From Schmidtea polychroa (Eukaryota), in contig CM097885.1 in the NCBI GenBank assembly GCA_044892525.1, positions 5,024,001 to 5,088,000 on the forward strand: 64,000 nt of DNA. The letters run 5' to 3'. The translations under genes and the position numbers were made by a program. The notes beneath the pieces were generated by a model that ran no database searches, had not been told where the DNA came from, and saw only the letters and a list, made by a program, of their open reading frames with translations. This document shows, one piece after another, positions 31,043 through 42,206 of this stretch (within the stretch, counting starts at the first letter, position 1; every line of letters starts with the position of its first letter).

Positions 31043-31270
31043 ATGGGTGCTAATCCTTCATTGCCCGACATTAAATTTAATTTTAAATCTTCTTGTTGTA
31101 ATGGAGAAGATTTGGACGAACCCAGAAGACGAAGCCGGTTTCGGTGGAGTGGCAAAATTAAACAAAAGAGTTCCGAATTCGAAAAAAGAAACCCAGAAGT
31201 GGTTATCAGATCAGCTTGCGTACAGTTTGAACAAACCAATGCGGAAAAGATTTCCAACAAGAGCGTATAA
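31043..31270 (+). CDS. Candidate overprinted N-myristoylated small protein
   Basis: MGANPS start in acaATGG context, 3 nt after the upstream stop. Overlaps the integrase 5' end in another frame. Confidence 0.4.
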   Translation: MGANPSLPDIKFNFKSSCCNGEDLDEPRRRSRFRWSGKIKQKSSEFEKRNPEVVIRSACVQFEQTNAEKISNKSV

Positions 31271-31488
31271 AACATTTGGTATTGACGATTTATGGCAAAT
31301 GGATTTGATGGAGATGATACCATATTCGAAAATTAACAATGGGAATAAATATATTTTAACATGTATTAATGTATACAGCAGGTTTGCACGAGCAATACCA
31401 GTCAAGGCAAAATCTGCAGAAGAAATGTCCAAGGCAATTAATATTTTATTTAAAGATGGACATCCTAATAATTTGCAAACAGATTTAG

Positions 31489-31553
<65 letters not shown>

Positions 31554-32183
31554 TTAGGTAAAGAATTCTACAATAGCAAAGTTAAGCAAATCCTCGATAA
31601 ACTGAAAATAAATCACTACTCGGTACATTCTCAATACAAAGCTGCCCATGTTGAAAGATTTAATCGAACATTGAGAGATAGATTAAAGAAATTGTTCGTG
31701 CATCAAGGTAATAAAAAATGGGTAAATGCTTTACCGAAAATAATAACAAGTTATAATCATTCATCACATCGAGGACTGAATGGATTGAGACCGGTTGATA
31801 TTACATCAAAAACACCATTATCTAAAAAATCTGTAAAAATTGCAAAACCTAAATATAAAGTCGGTGACCATGTTAGAATTAGTAAAATTAGTGCATCACC
31901 ATTTATTAAAAATTTTGATACAAATTGGAGTGATGAAGTCTTTGTAATTTCAAAAATAAATACTAAACAGAATCCTGTAATGTATGTCATCAAAGACAAT
32001 GATAATAATATTGTACAGGGGAAATTTTATGAGCAGGAATTACAAGTCATTCCTCCCCCAAAAGTATTTAGAATTCAAAAAATATTGAAAACTAAAAAGG
32101 TCGGTAAGGATAAACAATACTATATCAAATGGCACGGTTATCAAAACCCGTCATGGATATCGTCAAAAGACCTAGTAAAATGA
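31101..32183 (+). CDS. Retroviral-like DDE integrase with a C-terminal chromodomain; 69-nt intron at 31489-31557
   Basis: WQMDL, QTDLG|KEFYN after splicing, VERFNRTL, YKVGDHVRI, GKFYEQELQ, YYIKWHGY. Confidence 0.93.
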
Positions 32184-33184
32184 ATTTTTATATTATTTTA
32201 CCTAGCAATAGCTGTCCACTTATTCATCCAGATAATAAAGCCAGCAAATTCAGGGTCAATCTTCAAAATCCGATATATTTGGATAATAGCTGGGAAGTTG
32301 CTCTGTTGGATTTTACATTTGTATACCAAGCCTTTCCATTTTATAGTAAGGCTAAAATTGGATACAAAAAGAATGAGTGGCAGGATAGATTATTGTCTAT
32401 GATCATTGATAATGCAGATGATGAAGTTCGGTTGTCTAACTCAACTGATCCAGCTGTGAAAATGTATATTAACCATTCATATATAGTAGTTGAATGTAAA
32501 CATTATCCTTTTACTGTAAAATTTGATAGTTTGGAAATGGCAAAACGATTGGAATTAAAAACCCAAAGTCATAAAGTTCTTTCCGATAAATTCACTATGC
32601 TACGACCGGGATATTCCAAAACTGTACAGCGATTTGAACCAATTTTATTTACAGTTTCATATCCGGGTATAACGTCTGGTACATTTGAGTTCAAAGATAA
32701 TTTATACATTTCGAAATTGGATGAATTACAGACATATTTAAAACAAAGTGGTTTATTTAAATCATTGGAAATATCAGACAGATTCAAATTCAGTTTGAAT
32801 CCCGAATTTACTGAAATTACTTTTGATGCAAATCTAATAAAAACATTAGGATTATCAAAAGCAACATATGCTCAAGATGATCAAGGTACCCTAGCTCCGA
32901 AAATAATTAAACTTCACCAACAAATGTTCATCTATAGTAATATTGTTGATCCTGTAATTGTTGGCGATTCTTTGGTCCCACTCCTGAAATCTGTTTGGAT
33001 TGAAAAATATGAACATGATGAAGTAGTCAATATAAATATCGATAATCCCATGTATTTACCTGTGTCAACCTCATGTATAAACAATATAGAAATAAATATA
33101 CGTGATGATTCTGGTAAATTAATCGCATTTCCAAAAGATTCAAAAACTCATTTAACATTACATTTTCGTAAAGTAGATGGCTAA
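32180..33184 (+). CDS. Minor capsid (penton-like) protein
   Basis: MNFYIILPSNS...NKASKFRVNL...WEVAL and MFIYSNIV...VGDSLVPLL...IEINIRDDSG...LHFR. ATGA overlap with the integrase stop. Confidence 0.88.
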   Translation: MNFYIILPSNSCPLIHPDNKASKFRVNLQNPIYLDNSWEVALLDFTFVYQAFPFYSKAKIGYKKNEWQDRLLSMIIDNADDEVRLSNSTDPAVKMYINHSYIVVECKHYPFTVKFDSLEMAKRLELKTQSHKVLSDKFTMLRPGYSKTVQRFEPILFTVSYPGITSGTFEFKDNLYISKLDELQTYLKQSGLFKSLEISDRFKFSLNPEFTEITFDANLIKTLGLSKATYAQDDQGTLAPKIIKLHQQMFIYSNIVDPVIVGDSLVPLLKSVWIEKYEHDEVVNINIDNPMYLPVSTSCINNIEINIRDDSGKLIAFPKDSKTHLTLHFRKVDG

Positions 33185-33542
33185 TTCGGATATTATAAGT
33201 ATGTATAGTGGTAGCCAATCTGGCGGTGAATTACCATATTTTATTGGTAAACAGTACGGATCAGGATGGTTGAGAACAATTGGTAGATTTGCACTTCCTA
33301 TTCTTAAACGTATTGGTAGTTTTGGTATGAAAACTGCTAAAGATGTTATTATGAATGAACAGAAAATATTACCATCTCTAAAATCAAATGCTTTAGCAGA
33401 ATTAGGGAAAGTTTTACCCGGGGTTGCAGGTATGTTTCAAAAACCAGCTCCAGCTCCAGCTCATGCTCCAAAACGTAAAAGACATGGAATATCACGTATA
33501 AACAAACGAATGAAAGGCCATGGAACTATATTTGCAAAATGA
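33177..33542 (+). CDS. Core protein with QxGG/QxGxG motifs and an amphipathic helix
   Basis: QSGGELPYFIGKQYGSGWLRTIGRFALPILK and a basic C-terminus. Lies between mCP and MCP, as is typical for Polintons. Confidence 0.75.
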   Translation: MANSDIISMYSGSQSGGELPYFIGKQYGSGWLRTIGRFALPILKRIGSFGMKTAKDVIMNEQKILPSLKSNALAELGKVLPGVAGMFQKPAPAPAHAPKRKRHGISRINKRMKGHGTIFAK

Positions 33543-34762
33543 TTTGTGGTAAATCTGAATTATGTATATTTGATAGACCGTCGCCCCAGGCTGTAATAGA
33601 ATTTGGGGCGTTTGAGGAAGTTTTTCCAATGAATTCAATTACTGATAGTAGAAATGATATAGAGTTTTATATTAATGGTTCGCAAACTGAATATTTAGAT
33701 TTGAACGATACTTTATTGACTGTTCAGATCAAGGTTATAGATAAAGATAAAAAAGCTTTGGGTGATGCTGCTGATGCAATACCGAACAATTTCATGTTTC
33801 ATACTCTTTTTAAAGATGCTGTGTTGGGATTTAATAATATCAAGATTGAAGGTGGTAATAATACATTCATTCACAAGGCTTTGATAGAAACTATTTTAAA
33901 TTACAATTCCGATACTAAAAATACATGTCTTACTCCAATGGGATATGCTGCAACCGACGATGAAAGAAAAAAGTGGATTAAAGGCTCAAAAACATTCACC
34001 ATGTGTTCATCGTTACAACTCGATTTTATGGATCAACCGAAATATTTGCTTCCAGGAGTTAATGTCCACATTCGATTGAAAAGATCCGATTCTGCACTAA
34101 CTCTTACTAGTGCTACAGGTGCACCAATATGTCAATTAGTTGATGCAAAATTATTGGTGAGAAGAGTTCGAGTAGACCCCTCAGTATTAGCTGGTCATCA
34201 ATTGGGTCTTAATTCAAAACATGCAATTTATCCATTAAAAACAAAGGAAATTGTACAATTTGCTATTGCTAAAGGTGCTTCATCATTCTATAAAGAACAA
34301 ATATTTGGTGACAGAAGAATGCCTAATTTTATTCTGATAACATTTCAAAGTGAAGCACAATATAATGGATCATATACTGCGTCCAGCTCAATTTTCAAAA
34401 ACTTTGGTGTTACATCATTGACTTTGTCGAAAAATACTGATTATAGAGAAACATATATTCAAGATTTCGAGAATGACAATTACTGCGCGACATATATGCA
34501 GAGTATTGTTAGAAATCTCGGTTATTTAGATAAAAATTTGAATTGCGGAATAACACTAGAAGAATTTAAAAGCAAATACCCATTTTTCACATTTGTTCTA
34601 GCTCCCGATTTTGATTTAAATCAAAGTCAATTACCTCAAAATGGAAATTTACGACTGGATATAAAGTTTGCAAAAGCTATTACTGAACCAGTACATGTTA
34701 TAATATATGGAGTATTTGAAAATGAAGTTCAAATTACTGCAAATAGAACAGTGTTGGTATAA
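33539..34762 (+). CDS. Major capsid protein (double jelly-roll)
   Basis: KSELCIFDRPSPQ, IEFYING...EYLDLNDT, QPKYLLPGV, GNLRLDIKF. Intact, 407 aa. Confidence 0.92.
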   Translation: MICGKSELCIFDRPSPQAVIEFGAFEEVFPMNSITDSRNDIEFYINGSQTEYLDLNDTLLTVQIKVIDKDKKALGDAADAIPNNFMFHTLFKDAVLGFNNIKIEGGNNTFIHKALIETILNYNSDTKNTCLTPMGYAATDDERKKWIKGSKTFTMCSSLQLDFMDQPKYLLPGVNVHIRLKRSDSALTLTSATGAPICQLVDAKLLVRRVRVDPSVLAGHQLGLNSKHAIYPLKTKEIVQFAIAKGASSFYKEQIFGDRRMPNFILITFQSEAQYNGSYTASSSIFKNFGVTSLTLSKNTDYRETYIQDFENDNYCATYMQSIVRNLGYLDKNLNCGITLEEFKSKYPFFTFVLAPDFDLNQSQLPQNGNLRLDIKFAKAITEPVHVIIYGVFENEVQITANRTVLV

Positions 34763-35174
34763 ATGTATACAGAAACACAAAAAGTTATCATGGAGTAAGT
34801 TGTTTTTTATACTCTGGATTTATTTAAATAGTTCTGTTCAGGTCAATAAAATCGGAAAACAGATATTGGGAAATGAATTTGTTGGAGTTTTTCCTCTTGA
34901 TAAAATTCCATATTTGAGCAATAATCAAGCAATAATCGTCAATACTCAATCGTCTCATCTTGGTGGAGAACATTGGATAGCTATATATGTGAAACCTGGT
35001 AATATATTCGTGTTCGATCCTATGGGTTTCTATTACCCAGCTTTGTTGATATCAAAACTACAAACAATGGGAAAACCTATTGTGTATAATAAAACTATGT
35101 TTCAAAATCCTTTGACCCAAACATGCGGTCAACATTGTTAAGCTTGGTTATTGTACAAAAAATTTGATGTTTAA
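34763..35174 (+). pseudogene. Adenain-like cysteine protease; probable 37-nt intron at 34795-34831; nonsense codon at 35139
   Basis: GEHW, FDPMG and FQNPLTQTCGQHC catalytic motifs. TAA occurs where the paralogous copy near 62185 has TTA. Confidence 0.8.
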
Positions 35175-35266
35175 AGAAAAAAAATGTTTAATAAATTTGA
35201 TGTTTAATAAATGTATCCTTTCCTTTGTTGTTGTGTTATTATTATTAATATTATTATTATTATTAA

Positions 35267-35321
<55 letters not shown>

Positions 35322-35682
35322 ATTATTAATATTATTATTATTGTGAAAAATATTATTATTTTTAATTAATTTTATTATTATTCTAATAAATATTATTATT
35401 TGTAACATAAAGACTGCCTTTGCATGAGGCATGCACAGTGCAAGTTAACAAAGGCATGACTAACAAAGGCAGTCACATGTAATTCTGACTGATTTACATT
35501 ACATACATGCATGCGTGTGATTGGTTGAGAGAGTAAAATATTCAATGTATATGTGTGTGTGTCTATATTCTCATTGGCTGGGACAGGAAAATATTCATTC
35601 TCTTTATAAACATTGACAAATCTAAAATTTGTCACAATTATTTCAAATTTTTCAAATTTCGATTTCAATTTTAAAAATCTAA

Positions 35683-37345
35683 ATGGCTAACAATAATAAA
35701 AATGGAATTCTAAGAAATCTTTTGACGACAATGGGTAATTTATTTTATTTTATTTTATTATATTTTATTTTATTATTATTTTAGAACCATTCGATTGGTA
35801 CGATGTAACGGAAGATGACTCGATATTAACAGTGGATAAGATCTTCGGTAAATTTATTATTATAATTTTTAATAAATTATTTTTTTTTTCAATTCAGAAA
35901 ATGCTTCAAATAGCGACGATGATGTCGTCTTTATCGGGGAAAGTAATGCTCCTAATAAGATCTTTGGTAAATTTATTATTATTTTTTTATTAAATTATTT
36001 TTTTTTTTCAATTCAGAAAATGTTTACAATAGCGACGATGATGTCGTCTTTATTGGGCAAACTGATGCCCCTAATTATGCCCCTAATTATGCCCCAGTTC
36101 TCAAAGAAAAAAGTAAATTTTATTATTATTTCTATTAAATTAATTTTCATTTCAGAAAATGTTTTAAATGTTGATATTGACGAAGAAGAAATTAATGTCC
36201 TCGCATCGGATGATGGTGAAATCTGTGAGAATGATGGGCAAATCTCATCGGATGATGATCAAATCTCAGAGAATGATGGGCAAATCTCATCGGATGATGA
36301 TCAAATCTCAGAGAATGATGGGCAAATCTCTGAGAATGATTCCGACATGGAATCAAAATGTAAGAAATATTTATTTTTATATATATATATTTTGTTTTTT
36401 ATTTATATGTTAAATTTGTAATAACTTATTTAAATATTTTGATAAAAAACTTTTTTAAATATTTTAATAAAAATTATGATGAAACTTCTGAAGAAAATGA
36501 TTTTATGATTTATAATGAAAATATACCGAAAAATTATGAAGAAAAATGATTATGTTTTATAAAGAAAATGATGAAAATGATGAATTTATGATGAAGAAAA
36601 TGATGAAAATAGGATGAAAATCAATTATGATGAAAATATGACGAAAATTATGATGAAAATGATTTACAACCAAAATTATGATGAAAATGATTTATGATGA
36701 TATAATGAAAATGAATTATGATGAAGATATGACGAAAATTATGATGAAAATGATTTATGATGATATAATGAAACTTCTGAAGAAAACTATTTTATGATGA
36801 AAATTATTTATACCGAAAATTATGATGAAAATGATTATACTAAGTTTCTGAAAGTTATTATTATCAAAATATTTAAAAAGTGATTACAAATTATGGTTAT
36901 AAATCCTTGTAGTTTGCAATGTGCATCTACAATAGTTAAAATAATAATAATAATATTAATAATAATAATAATAATAATAATGTAGTCTACAGTGAGCATG
37001 TAGCTACATAGTAGTCTGCAGTGAGCATGCAGCTACTTTTCTTTTATATAATAATAATAATATATAAATAATAATTAGACCCCGTCTACAGTAGTTTGCA
37101 GTAAGCATGCAGCTACATAGTAGTCTGCAGTGAGCATGCAGCTACTTTTCTTTTATATAATAATAATAATAATAATAATATAAATAATAATAATAATAAT
37201 ATAAATAATAATAATAATAATATATAAATAATAATATAAATAATAATAATAATATATAAATAATAATCAGACCCTGTCTACAGTAGTTTGCAGTAAGCAT
37301 GCAGCTACATAGTAGTCTGCAGTGAGCATGCAGCTACTTTTCTTT

Positions 37346-37393
<48 letters not shown>

Positions 37394-37848
37394 TATAAAT
37401 AATAATCAGACCCCGTCTACTAAAATCTCTCTAATATTCTATCGAATATATTAACCTATTTTCTATAATGATTTATCATCATTTGTTATTTAATTCAAAT
37501 GAACTATATAACAAATGATGATAAATCCTTGTAGAAGTAACAATTAGTTTCCTATATAGAAAAAAAACAATAAAATTTTAATTTTATTATTTAACAGGTA
37601 TACTATACCCGAACTATTGTCAAACATCAATTGGACATAGTGATAAATGTCATAGAACAATGACAAAATATTACCGAAAAAAGTTTAATTCGGTCAACTT
37701 TTTTATATGCCCCAAATGTGTAACGAGCGAAAAAATAAAATATAGGGAATTTTTTAATAAACATCATAGTCACTTAGGGCAATTTTCGATATCAAAAAAT
37801 GTTTTATTTAAAAAAATAAATAAAAAATTAAATAAAAAAAAAAATTAG
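35683..37848 (+). CDS. Spliced acidic, SIM-rich N-terminal region, probably the 5' exons of pPolB (35683-35734, 35785-35847, 35898-35966, 36017-36112, 36156-36359, 37598 onward)
   Basis: Five consecutive phase-1 GT-AG introns give one open frame. It stops at 37848, in an A-run where a 1-nt shift would enter the pPolB frame. Confidence 0.65.
36982..37340. repeat. Paired quasi-palindromic repeat TAGTCTGCAGTGAGCATGCAGCTA (six variant copies here, two more at 41875-41939)
   Basis: Seen directly; pairs are separated by (AAT)n. Confidence 0.8.
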
Positions 37849-37904
37849 AAAATAATTTACAAAAAAACTTACAAAAAAATTTAGAAAATAATTTACAAAA
37901 AAAT

Positions 37905-40900
37905 TTGCAAAAAAATATTAAAAAAAATAAAAAAAATATTATTAAAGATTCAAATATTAAAAAAGATGCTATTAAAAAAGATACTATAAATATTATTAAA
38001 AAAGATATTATAAATATTAAAAAAGATTCGATTAAAAGACCTGCTGGTTTAATTAAAAATTGCATTCCTAATAAATTATCGCGACCTGAAGTGATAGTCA
38101 TCAGCAAAGATGAATGTGTAGCTTCAACATCGTTTACACACCAAGCACCTATTACACAACACGCACCCATTACACAACAAGAAGTGATAGTCATCAATGA
38201 TGAATGTGTAGCTTCAACGTCTTTGAACATATGCCAAATAGGCGGCTCTTTGTTTGAACCTATGGTAGAATCCGATTTGAACGGATCGCGTAAAACTTTA
38301 AGATTTGATATTAGAAATCAAAACTTAGTAAAAATAGCCCTAACATCAAAAATTGAAGATAGATTAATACAGGAAATAGAAAAGATGGGCAATGTAAAAA
38401 TTCAATTCACAATTTTAATTAAATTTGAAAAAGATGGGGAGATCCGGGATAATTATTTTTCCAACAATGCTCAAGTTTTTACATCAAACTTTATAAACGA
38501 GGGGGTGAGCAAATTAAATGAAAAGATTGAGCAATTCACCTATTTAGGAAGCGGGTGGCGAGTAATGAATATTTTAGAAATAGATTTTATTTTAACGAAA
38601 TACGCACCCGTCAGTAGATTATCCGGACATAGCTATATAAAAACCCCATCAGCATTAAAATTAAAACATGCAATAATTAATGTAAAAAACAACGACCATA
38701 AGTGCTTCTTGTATAGCATTCTTGCACTTTTAAAAAGAGAAGAAATAGGTCGTAATCACCAAAGAGCCGCCAAATATATAGAATTTTTACCTCTATTAAA
38801 TTATGACGAAGACACTGATTGCCCGATGAGGCTATGCAACATTCCCAAATTTGAAAGAAAAAATAGAGATTTAAACTTGAGCATAAACGTTCTGTCTTAT
38901 AATCCAGCCAGTTCTGATTTAGATATTTCTGAGGATTATGTAGCTCACCACCCTCATCTTAATATAGTACATCGCTCCAAGGTTATAGACGGTAGACCAA
39001 TTTATTTATTACTTTTGAGTAATAAAGATAAATATCATTATACAGCCGTGACAGACTTGGACAAATTAATGAATTGTCATGAAAATGAAAATGTAAATGT
39101 TCAAATAAGGTGTAACTGGTGCCCACATTGTTTAAATGGCTTTAGATATAAGAATGCTTTCGATCAGCATGTTGCTCTATGCTGTAAAAATCAGACTGGC
39201 ACAACTTTGTATACACTTCCTAAAAATAAAGATTTATTATTCACAGATTACGCAAAAACAGTTACACCTCCCTTCGTAATTTATGCCGATTTTGAATCGG
39301 TTTTACCAGAACATGAAACATATCATCAAATACATTTACCCATATCAGCAGGTCTTTTATTAATTAATAATTATACACACACTAAATTTTATTATTATTT
39401 TTTTGGACCTAATTGTATTTTGGATTTTTTGAGGAAAGTGGAGGAAATTGCTGTCACAATTGTCCTGCCATATTATGATCTTGAAGGTCATAAAGGTATG
39501 TCTACTTTGTCTTTTGCTCAGGAGCGTGCCTTTCGATCTTCCACTATTTGTTATTTGTGTAAAAAATCTATTATTAATCCTGTGAGAGATCATTGCCATT
39601 TTACAGGTAGATATGTCGGAGCGGCATGTAGGAAATGCAATGTCTCTCGCAGGATTAATAAATTGTTACCTGTTGTCTTTCATAATTTACGAGGCTATGA
39701 CCTCCACCATATTTTAAAACATGGTCTCAGTGATTTTCCCCTTTGGGAACTTAATATTATACCTACCTCTACAGAAAAATTTATATCTTTAATTGCATAT
39801 ATTAACAAATTGCCTGTTCGTTTTATTGACAGCATGCAATTTGTTAATTGTTCTTTAGCAAAAGCTGTGAAAACCTTAACTACTTTTCCTTTGACTTCGT
39901 CTGTCTTTCAAGGGTCGATGATTCACTCTAAAGGTATCTTTCCATATAATTTCGCCACTTCTTTAGATGTTCTTGAATCGACTTTAGAATTACCTCCTAT
40001 TTGGTCTGATGTTACGGAAGATCAGTACGCTGAGGCTCAACTAATTTGGAGTCAGCATAACTGTAATAATTTGTTAGATTATATGTTAATCTACTTAAAA
40101 TTGGACGTATACCTCCTCGCAGATTATTTTCAGCAATTCCGCGGTAAGGCAATTGCTTACAATGGTCTGGATCCTCTTAATTTCTACGGGATTCCCGGTA
40201 TGTCATGGGCCTCAGCGCTTATGACATTAACGGAACCAATAGAACTTCTGCAGGACATGGAAATGTATAATTTCTATGAGGGAGGTATCCGGGGTGGGTT
40301 AACATTTGTTAACAAACATTACACGGCTACTTCAGATGATACAGAATTATTGTACATTGATATAAATAATCTGTATGGTTGGGCTCTTAGCCAAAATCTT
40401 CCGTATGGTGATTTTTCTTGGGTGAATAATAACTTGAATGATGTTTTACTTGAATGTATGAACACGGATATTGATAACCTTCCATATGGGTATACTATGG
40501 AGGTCGATATCGATATTCCGGAATGTGTGCATGACTTTTTGAATGATTTTCCGCTTGCTCCGGAAAAGTTGTGCCCGCCTAATTCAAAAGTTGAGAAGCT
40601 TATGCTTACGCATTGGCCAAAGAGGAACTATGTTCTTCATTGGAGGCTTCTCAAATTGTATATAGAATTAGGTGCGGTTGTTGTAAATATTCATAGGTGT
40701 ATAAAGTTTAAACAAGGACCTATCTTTAAATCCTACATAGACACCAACACCACTTTACGATCTCAGTCTACTAGTGAGATATATAGGGACTTGTTTAAAT
40801 TGTATAATAACTCTCTTTACGGTAAATCGGTTGAAAATTTGAAAAAAAGAATGAATTTGAGGTTGTGTAATTCATCCGAAAAGATGATAGTATACTCCTC

Positions 40901-41654
40901 AAAGCCGACTTTCAGAAAGTCCATAAGAATCGATAACGATCTGATTGCGGCACATTTGGAAAAAGATGTGATTTGTTTAGACAGACCTAGCTACATTGGT
41001 CAAACAGTACTAGATCTGTCTAAACTGCGGATGTACCAGCTCCAATATATTGATTTGGAGAAGTACAGACGCCAATATAAATGTATCATAAATATTATTG
41101 CCGGTGATACCGACAGTTTCTTTTTGGAAATAAAAAATTTAAAATTAACAACTTTATTACCTCAGATGATCTCTGATAATTTATTGGATACGTCAAATTA
41201 CGATCCAACCCACCCCTTGTATAGTAGGAACCTTGACTCGGTCATCGGGAAGTTTAAAGATGAGAGCAAGGGATTAGGGTATTCTGAATGGGTTTTCTTA
41301 CGCCCTAAATGTTATAGTCTTTTAGGTAGTAAGGAAACGGTAAAAGCGAAAGGGGTTAAATTACCAGGGACATCAATAAATCACGAATCATATCTAAATT
41401 GCTTTCATTCAAATCAGGTGATTTCTGTACCGCAGACTAGAATAGGTACTAGAAATCACCAACTTTTTACTTTTAAAAATTCGAAAATTGCCCTAAGTAA
41501 TAATGATGATAAGCGCGCGTGGCTAGGAAAAAACTTAAGTTACGCATTTGGGCACTATTTAGGAGTTGACGAATTAAGCGAATATGATGAGGAATTCGGT
41601 CCAGCTCCAAGTCCCAGTTTTGACGACAGCGAATGGGACGAAGATCAAATTTAA
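37905..41654 (+). CDS. Protein-primed family B DNA polymerase with an EndoVII/HNH-like zinc insert
   Basis: IYADFES, CYLC...VRDHCHFTGRYVGAACRKCN, FHNLRGYD, YIDINNLYG, KLYNNSLYGK, AGDTDS, GKFKDE, LRPKCYS, KAKGV. Confidence 0.96.
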   Translation: MQKNIKKNKKNIIKDSNIKKDAIKKDTINIIKKDIINIKKDSIKRPAGLIKNCIPNKLSRPEVIVISKDECVASTSFTHQAPITQHAPITQQEVIVINDECVASTSLNICQIGGSLFEPMVESDLNGSRKTLRFDIRNQNLVKIALTSKIEDRLIQEIEKMGNVKIQFTILIKFEKDGEIRDNYFSNNAQVFTSNFINEGVSKLNEKIEQFTYLGSGWRVMNILEIDFILTKYAPVSRLSGHSYIKTPSALKLKHAIINVKNNDHKCFLYSILALLKREEIGRNHQRAAKYIEFLPLLNYDEDTDCPMRLCNIPKFERKNRDLNLSINVLSYNPASSDLDISEDYVAHHPHLNIVHRSKVIDGRPIYLLLLSNKDKYHYTAVTDLDKLMNCHENENVNVQIRCNWCPHCLNGFRYKNAFDQHVALCCKNQTGTTLYTLPKNKDLLFTDYAKTVTPPFVIYADFESVLPEHETYHQIHLPISAGLLLINNYTHTKFYYYFFGPNCILDFLRKVEEIAVTIVLPYYDLEGHKGMSTLSFAQERAFRSSTICYLCKKSIINPVRDHCHFTGRYVGAACRKCNVSRRINKLLPVVFHNLRGYDLHHILKHGLSDFPLWELNIIPTSTEKFISLIAYINKLPVRFIDSMQFVNCSLAKAVKTLTTFPLTSSVFQGSMIHSKGIFPYNFATSLDVLESTLELPPIWSDVTEDQYAEAQLIWSQHNCNNLLDYMLIYLKLDVYLLADYFQQFRGKAIAYNGLDPLNFYGIPGMSWASALMTLTEPIELLQDMEMYNFYEGGIRGGLTFVNKHYTATSDDTELLYIDINNLYGWALSQNLPYGDFSWVNNNLNDVLLECMNTDIDNLPYGYTMEVDIDIPECVHDFLNDFPLAPEKLCPPNSKVEKLMLTHWPKRNYVLHWRLLKLYIELGAVVVNIHRCIKFKQGPIFKSYIDTNTTLRSQSTSEIYRDLFKLYNNSLYGKSVENLKKRMNLRLCNSSEKMIVYSSKPTFRKSIRIDNDLIAAHLEKDVICLDRPSYIGQTVLDLSKLRMYQLQYIDLEKYRRQYKCIINIIAGDTDSFFLEIKNLKLTTLLPQMISDNLLDTSNYDPTHPLYSRNLDSVIGKFKDESKGLGYSEWVFLRPKCYSLLGSKETVKAKGVKLPGTSINHESYLNCFHSNQVISVPQTRIGTRNHQLFTFKNSKIALSNNDDKRAWLGKNLSYAFGHYLGVDELSEYDEEFGPAPSPSFDDSEWDEDQI

Positions 41655-41980
41655 ATAGAAAAAACTTTATATTTTTGATTTATAAAAACTTGTATAGTGA
41701 TTTCATGATTTATAAAAAATTGTATAGAAACTTTTATTTAAAAACTTGTACAAAAACCTGTATATTGTATAAAACTTGTATTTATATATACATATTCAAT
41801 AAAATTTTTAATAAGATTTTTTAAGTATTTGGTGTTTTATTATAATTTTTTTATATTTAATGGTGATTTTTATATAGTCTGCAGTGAGCATGCAGCTATA
41901 TGTTTTTTTTTATATAGTCTGCAGTGGGCATGCAGCTATATCAATGAAATAATAATAATAATAATATTAATAATATTAAT

Positions 41981-42053
<73 letters not shown>

Positions 42054-42061
42054 TTAATAAT

Positions 42062-42122
<61 letters not shown>

Positions 42123-42206
42123 CTTTAAACAGGTTGCAAAGGGTACTAGTCATGCTTATTATTGTTATACATTTGATGGTTACATTTTGAAAGCTCTATT
42201 TTGATT

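Noticed and set aside
36470..36850. Degenerate TATGATGAAAAT repeats as an additional acidic exon
   Set aside because: Frequent stops and frame changes, with no convincing splice sites.
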